NCBI GenBank assembly: GCA_016927995.1 | Contig: JAFGLO010000003.1 | Location: forward strand, 8,791-72,790 | Length of the DNA stretch: 64,000 nt | Reading direction: 5' to 3' | DNA from: Candidatus Dojkabacteria bacterium | GTDB taxonomy: Bacteria; Patescibacteriota; Dojkabacteria; JAFGLO01 | Shown: positions 59,400 to 64,000 of the stretch, piece by piece | How the letters are laid out: each line of letters begins with the position of its first letter | Position numbering within the stretch: the first letter of the stretch is position 1 | Made by a program: the position numbers and the translations under genes | Notes under the pieces: generated by a model | What the model was told of the DNA's origin: nothing | Databases searched by the model: none | The model's input: the letters and a program-made list of their open reading frames with translations, nothing else

Positions 59400-60818
59400 T
59401 TAATAAGATTTTGCAAATAACCAGTCGTGTTTTGCAGATTCACCGGTAATAAAGCATTTTTTATTTTTAGGCTCTTTATCCATGCTTTCTTTTGGCAAAA
59501 CCCTTGAAACCATAGAAAACTTTTCTTTCAAGAACTTTTCACTCTCAGGGCTTTCACACCATGATGCTTCAAAAAAACCAATCTGATCTTTTATTTCGTC
59601 CATGTTTTCAATGCGATGAATATGTGTTCCACCAAAGTCAGCTGCCTGCTTATATAGATTTTCATGTATCTGTGAAAATAAGTTCGGAATACTCGAGATA
59701 AAATCAGTGATGTTAACTTTAGACTTTTCCCCAGTATCCCTTCTTGCAACGGTAACTGTTTTATCTGCAGTTTCCATTCCACCGATCTCAAGTCTAAGAG
59801 GTACGCCCTTTAACTCCCACTCGTTAAATTTAAACCCGGGACTTATCCCTTCACGTAAATCAACTTTAATTCTGTAGTCTTTAAGCTCATCTGCCACTTC
59901 GTTTGCATATCTTATGACGGTTTCTTTGTTATCATCTTTGTAAATTGGCACAACGACAATTTGAATAGGTGCAATATTGGGCGGAAGTCTTAATCCGGCA
60001 TCATCACCATGGGTCATAATAAGCACACCTATGGCCCTCCATGTACACCCCCAACTGTTTTGATAAGGATAGTGCTCCTCACCATCTTCACCAACAAATT
60101 TTATGTTAAACACTTTTGCAAAGTTTTGGCCCAAATGGTGACTAGTGGCACCCTGAATAGCTTTTCCATCACGTGCCATTACTTCAACACATGATGTGAT
60201 CTCGGCTCCGGCAAACTTTTCCATTTGAGATTTTTTCCCTTTGAATACCGGAATAGCCAAAAACTCATAAAACTTTTCGTAAATGTCCAGCATTTGCCAC
60301 ATCTCAGCCATTGCCTCTTCCTCCTTTGCAAATACCGTGTGTCCCTCTTGCCACAAGAATTCAGACCAACGCAAAAATGGCCTTGGACGTTTTTCCCACC
60401 TTACAACGTTGTTCCACTGATTTAAACGAAGCGGAAGATCGTTATAACTTTGAATCCATTTTGCATATGCTTTATACATTCCTGTCTCACTTGTAGGCCT
60501 TACCACAAGTTTGTTAACAAGCTTCTCACCCCCGGCATGAGTAACAACGGCTAGTTCAGGTGAGAATCCTTCTACATGGTCCTTCTCCGCCTGCAAATTT
60601 TCATATGGAATAAACATTGGGAAATATACGTTTTCGGCTCCGGTTTCTTCTATAAGTCTTGCTAATTCTGTTTTCATTAGTTCCCAAATCTTGTACCCAT
60701 ATGGTTTTACTATTCCACAACCCCGAACTTCGGAGCTCTCGGCTAAATCTGCCATTGAAACTACGTCCTGATACCACTTTGCAAAATCTTTTGACTGTGG
60801 TGTTATTTTTTGTGCCAT
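59400..60818 (-). CDS. proS: Prolyl-tRNA synthetase, archaeal/eukaryotic type
   Basis: VRPTSE, NVVRWE, FLWQEGHT, TSHHLGQNF, C-terminal FAKSY. Confidence 0.96.
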   Translation of the reverse strand: MAQKITPQSKDFAKWYQDVVSMADLAESSEVRGCGIVKPYGYKIWELMKTELARLIEETGAENVYFPMFIPYENLQAEKDHVEGFSPELAVVTHAGGEKLVNKLVVRPTSETGMYKAYAKWIQSYNDLPLRLNQWNNVVRWEKRPRPFLRWSEFLWQEGHTVFAKEEEAMAEMWQMLDIYEKFYEFLAIPVFKGKKSQMEKFAGAEITSCVEVMARDGKAIQGATSHHLGQNFAKVFNIKFVGEDGEEHYPYQNSWGCTWRAIGVLIMTHGDDAGLRLPPNIAPIQIVVVPIYKDDNKETVIRYANEVADELKDYRIKVDLREGISPGFKFNEWELKGVPLRLEIGGMETADKTVTVARRDTGEKSKVNITDFISSIPNLFSQIHENLYKQAADFGGTHIHRIENMDEIKDQIGFFEASWCESPESEKFLKEKFSMVSRVLPKESMDKEPKNKKCFITGESAKHDWLFAKSY

Positions 60819-60871
60819 TGTAAAAAGTGTTAAGTAAACATGTAAATAATAACAGAATCTTGCCAAATAAT

Positions 60872-60899
60872 GTAGGGACAGGTCTAGACCTGTCCCTAC
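60872..60899. repeat. Perfect 28-bp GTAG-type REP-like palindrome
   Basis: GTAGGGACAGGTCT-AGACCTGTCCCTAC between divergent genes. Confidence 0.75.
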
Positions 60900-60975
60900 T
60901 TAAATCGATTTCACTTGATTCGTTACCCCTTTATACATTAAGCTTACACCACAATCTAAATTACTTTACACAAAA

Positions 60976-61677
60976 ATGAAACCAATTGACCTCCATCCAT
61001 TCCAAATGATTGTCCTCAAAAAGTTACTCTTTCTCCCAACAGCAAGATTTAGAGATCTAAAGATAGAAGGCCTTACAACAGATCATTTAACATATCACAT
61101 AAACAAATTGATTAAGCTTGGTCTAGTTTCCAAAATAAATACCATCTACACACTTACACCAGAAGGCAAGGAGTTTTCAAATCGAATAGATGAGCACTCT
61201 TCACAGATAGAGGTTCAAGGCAAACGTGGCGTATTGGTTAGAGTAAGTAGAAAAATTGGCAGAAAGACAGAATACCTTGCAAGTAAGCGGCTAAAACACC
61301 CGTTTTATGGTTATATAGGCTTTCATACAGGCAAAATTAGGGCTGGTGAAACAGTCTACGAAGCTGCTCGTAGAGAACTTTTGGAAGAAACAGGGCTCAT
61401 TGTTAAAACCCTAAAATTTGGTGGGATAGACCATTTTGTCGACTTTGATAAAGAAGGAAAATTTTTACGAGATCAATACTTTTATTGGTTTGATGTAACT
61501 GAATTTGAAGGAGAGCTAATAATCGACAACCCAGAGGAAGGTGTCAGCAATTTTTGGATAACGAAGCAAGCACTAAAAAAAGAAAAGGTGTTTCCAGGTC
61601 TTTGGGATCGAGCCTACTGGGAAAACAAGAAGAGTATTATATTTGTGGAACAAAAACGAGTCCTCACTGAATTCTAG
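60976..61677 (+). CDS. Winged-HTH plus NUDIX fusion protein
   Basis: RFRDL...HLTYHINKLIKLGLV...YTLTPEG; GKIRAGETVYEAARRELLEETGL. Confidence 0.85.
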   Translation: MKPIDLHPFQMIVLKKLLFLPTARFRDLKIEGLTTDHLTYHINKLIKLGLVSKINTIYTLTPEGKEFSNRIDEHSSQIEVQGKRGVLVRVSRKIGRKTEYLASKRLKHPFYGYIGFHTGKIRAGETVYEAARRELLEETGLIVKTLKFGGIDHFVDFDKEGKFLRDQYFYWFDVTEFEGELIIDNPEEGVSNFWITKQALKKEKVFPGLWDRAYWENKKSIIFVEQKRVLTEF

Positions 61678-61694
61678 CCTCTAATGTCCTATCA

Positions 61695-61723
61695 TTTACG
61701 GAAGCCTCCAAATCTGGTATAAT
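61695..61723 (+). promoter_or_regulatory. Promoter TTTACG-17-(TG)TATAAT for the dikinase gene
   Basis: Consensus spacing; ATG at 61793. Confidence 0.55.
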
Positions 61724-61792
61724 ACTAGGCTTTCTTGGCACATTACCCCGGGAAGGTTGTACGAATATCATTATTTTTGTAAGATTGATGTT

Positions 61793-64000
61793 ATGAACAA
61801 CCATTCAGAGGGACCGGGCCAACGCGTTTTCCTTTTGTCAAATAGAATTTTCAAAATTGACTCTACCCTACTTGGTAACAAGGCTACAAAGATTTGTGAC
61901 ATGATGCGAATGAATCTGCCTGTACCTAAAGCCTTCGTAATTACCACCAAAGTTTGGAAAGAGTTTGAGAAAGAAAAGTCACTCTCTCCAAAAATACAAA
62001 AAGAAATTATAGCTACACTAAAGCAACTCGAAAAGGAAACTCAAAAAACCTTCGGGTCAACAGAAAACCCACTTATTGTTTCTGTACGTTCTGGATCTGT
62101 ATACTCAATGCCAGGAATGATGGATACCATTTTAGACGTAGGTATATGTGACAAAAACATTGAAACCCTAAAGGACTCGATTGGTGAACAAACCGCATTG
62201 GACTCATACAGAAGATTAATCCAGATGTTTGGAAACACTGTTTTGGGAATTAATCCTGACTTATTCGAGGAAATAATTCTAAAAGTTGCGAACCGCAAAG
62301 ATAAATTAAAAAGCCCGGAGCTATCTCAAATTATTTTGGAATTTAAAACACTTGTTAAGAAACACACAGGGTCCGAATTTCCCGAAGATCCGGTCAAACA
62401 GTTAATGCTTGCAATTGCAGGTGTATTCAATTCCTGGAGCAAGCCGGGAGCAAAGTCATTTAGAAAATTTAGTGGAATCCCTGACAATATTGGAACATCG
62501 GTAACCATCCAAAAAATGGTTTTTGGAAACAGACCGAACTCAGGAACCGGAGTGCTTTTTACGCGAAACCCACGCACAGGATCTACTGCTCCATACATTG
62601 AATATTTAGAAAATGCTCAAGGGGAGGACGTTGTAAGTGGCATGCAAAATCCTGTTTCAATAAAGATTCCCGATACAGATGCATTTAAGAAACTTTTGGA
62701 ATTTGGTGAAAAGCTAGAAAAACACTATCAACGACCCCAAGATATTGAATTTACGATCGAAGAGAATAAATTATGGATTCTTCAAACACGAACCCTTAAA
62801 CTATCTAGTGATGCTGCATTTAAAATTGCATCAGATATGATTGACGAAGGTTTAATCACTGAAAATGAGGCCGTAAGACTTGTAAAGCATGAGCATATAA
62901 ATAAAGTTCTGTCCACAAGCATTGCTGACAAATCAAAAAACATCTTTATTGCTAAAGGTATCCCTGCATCAACAGGTGCAGCTTGCGGACATCTTGCTCT
63001 CTCACCGAAGACAGTAAAAAGGTACTCATTACAAAGGCTCCCTTCCATATTAGTAATGGACCATATCGATCCCAACGATGTCGAAACCTTGATCCAAACA
63101 AATGGAGTTATAACAACCAAAGGTGGGGCAGCAAGTCATATGGCGATAATTATGAGAGCAACTGCTAAACCTGGCATTGTAGGAACCAGCGACATTAAGG
63201 TTGGGAAAAAAGAGATCTTCATTAATAACATTAAAATCAAAGAAGGAGACCTTCTTACAATTGATGGAACAACGGGTGAAATCTTTAACGCTTCGTTAAA
63301 AATTAAGAAGGCAAAATCACTCACTCCTACCGAGCGACGCATCCTAAAGATTAAAACGGACATACTTGGGACAAGTCCCTGGTCGGCAGCTTGTTACAAA
63401 ACATCTAAAAAATACCAAAGAAGAAGTATTGCAGAGAAAATAAAAGGATATCTAAAAAGTCCTAAATGGAAGTCAAAGAAGGCTCAAATTATTGAATTAC
63501 AAAATCAAATTATGCCTAGTTCCGAAATTATACCAAGTACCCTATTTAAACCAACGGAGATAAACGATATTCGTAACGAAATGATTTCCGTTCTTCGTCA
63601 GGGCTACTGGCTTGCACCAAGAACCTGCCATTTTCCCGAAAAACTTGCAAATTCCCCTTGGGCAATGGGACCAAACAAACCCAAAGATATTGAAAGATTT
63701 TTAACCGGAAAATATGAAGGAAAATATGAAGGACTCACTGAATGGATCAAAGATAAAACCCTAGAGGCAATCGTTCTGGGGAAAGAACCCCCTGAGAAGT
63801 CGCCGGATTTTGCTAACGAACACTTTGTTTTTACCGTTTCGTTTCATGAGGCTTCTCCACCGGAGGTAGTTGTGTCGATAAACACAAATACATTACACTT
63901 AAGATCATTTGAACAAACAACCAAGGAACAGATTATCATGTTAAAAGGACAAATTTACCAGGATTCACCAGCCTATCTTGGAAATATCAGTTTAATAATA
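61793..64000 (+). CDS. PPDK-like dikinase (ATP-grasp plus phospho-His swivel) with non-canonical C-terminal domain; partial
   Basis: Manual translation, open to the window end: LGNKA, VSVRSG..SMPGMMDT, QGEDVVSG, QDIEFT, LQTR, GGAASH (His codon 63137), IDGTTGEIF. Confidence 0.9.
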   Translation, partial: MNNHSEGPGQRVFLLSNRIFKIDSTLLGNKATKICDMMRMNLPVPKAFVITTKVWKEFEKEKSLSPKIQKEIIATLKQLEKETQKTFGSTENPLIVSVRSGSVYSMPGMMDTILDVGICDKNIETLKDSIGEQTALDSYRRLIQMFGNTVLGINPDLFEEIILKVANRKDKLKSPELSQIILEFKTLVKKHTGSEFPEDPVKQLMLAIAGVFNSWSKPGAKSFRKFSGIPDNIGTSVTIQKMVFGNRPNSGTGVLFTRNPRTGSTAPYIEYLENAQGEDVVSGMQNPVSIKIPDTDAFKKLLEFGEKLEKHYQRPQDIEFTIEENKLWILQTRTLKLSSDAAFKIASDMIDEGLITENEAVRLVKHEHINKVLSTSIADKSKNIFIAKGIPASTGAACGHLALSPKTVKRYSLQRLPSILVMDHIDPNDVETLIQTNGVITTKGGAASHMAIIMRATAKPGIVGTSDIKVGKKEIFINNIKIKEGDLLTIDGTTGEIFNASLKIKKAKSLTPTERRILKIKTDILGTSPWSAACYKTSKKYQRRSIAEKIKGYLKSPKWKSKKAQIIELQNQIMPSSEIIPSTLFKPTEINDIRNEMISVLRQGYWLAPRTCHFPEKLANSPWAMGPNKPKDIERFLTGKYEGKYEGLTEWIKDKTLEAIVLGKEPPEKSPDFANEHFVFTVSFHEASPPEVVVSINTNTLHLRSFEQTTKEQIIMLKGQIYQDSPAYLGNISLII

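Noticed and set aside
62041-63363. Short ORFs listed near the right end
   Set aside because: They overlap the long open PPDK-like frame starting at 61793, which the track omitted because it has no stop in the window

Overview
Low-GC, gene-dense bacterial chromosome segment. It uses the standard code (TGA acts as stop) and shows few Shine-Dalgarno motifs. Gene content and shrunken housekeeping proteins suggest a Patescibacteria/CPR genome, possibly Dojkabacteria/WWE3/Microgenomates-like (inference). Contents: DEAD-box helicase, Fpg/Nei-like glycosylase, a WxL-like surface cluster, vWA protein, recX, hisS with a TrpR/YerC-like regulator, ftsQ-ftsA-ftsZ and ftsW without mur genes, tRNA-Phe, tRNA-Leu, tig, pyk, secG, recO, tsaD/tsaE, holB-like, a complete type IV pilus locus with accessory genes, secA, proS and a PPDK-like gene running off the right end. 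Most notable: (1) a dispersed family of ~88-nt interrupted hairpins linked by 8-mer tandem arrays, with compensatory changes in all four stems between loci (8.2-8.6 kb, 31.8-32.0 kb, probably 21.4 kb), always in the same orientation relative to the upstream gene; (2) a PPDK-like dikinase whose pyruvate-binding barrel is replaced by an unrecognised domain; (3) a WxL/DUF916-like cluster; (4) all five pilins carry Ala rather than Gly at -1. All calls come from reading the sequence and motifs; no searches were run.
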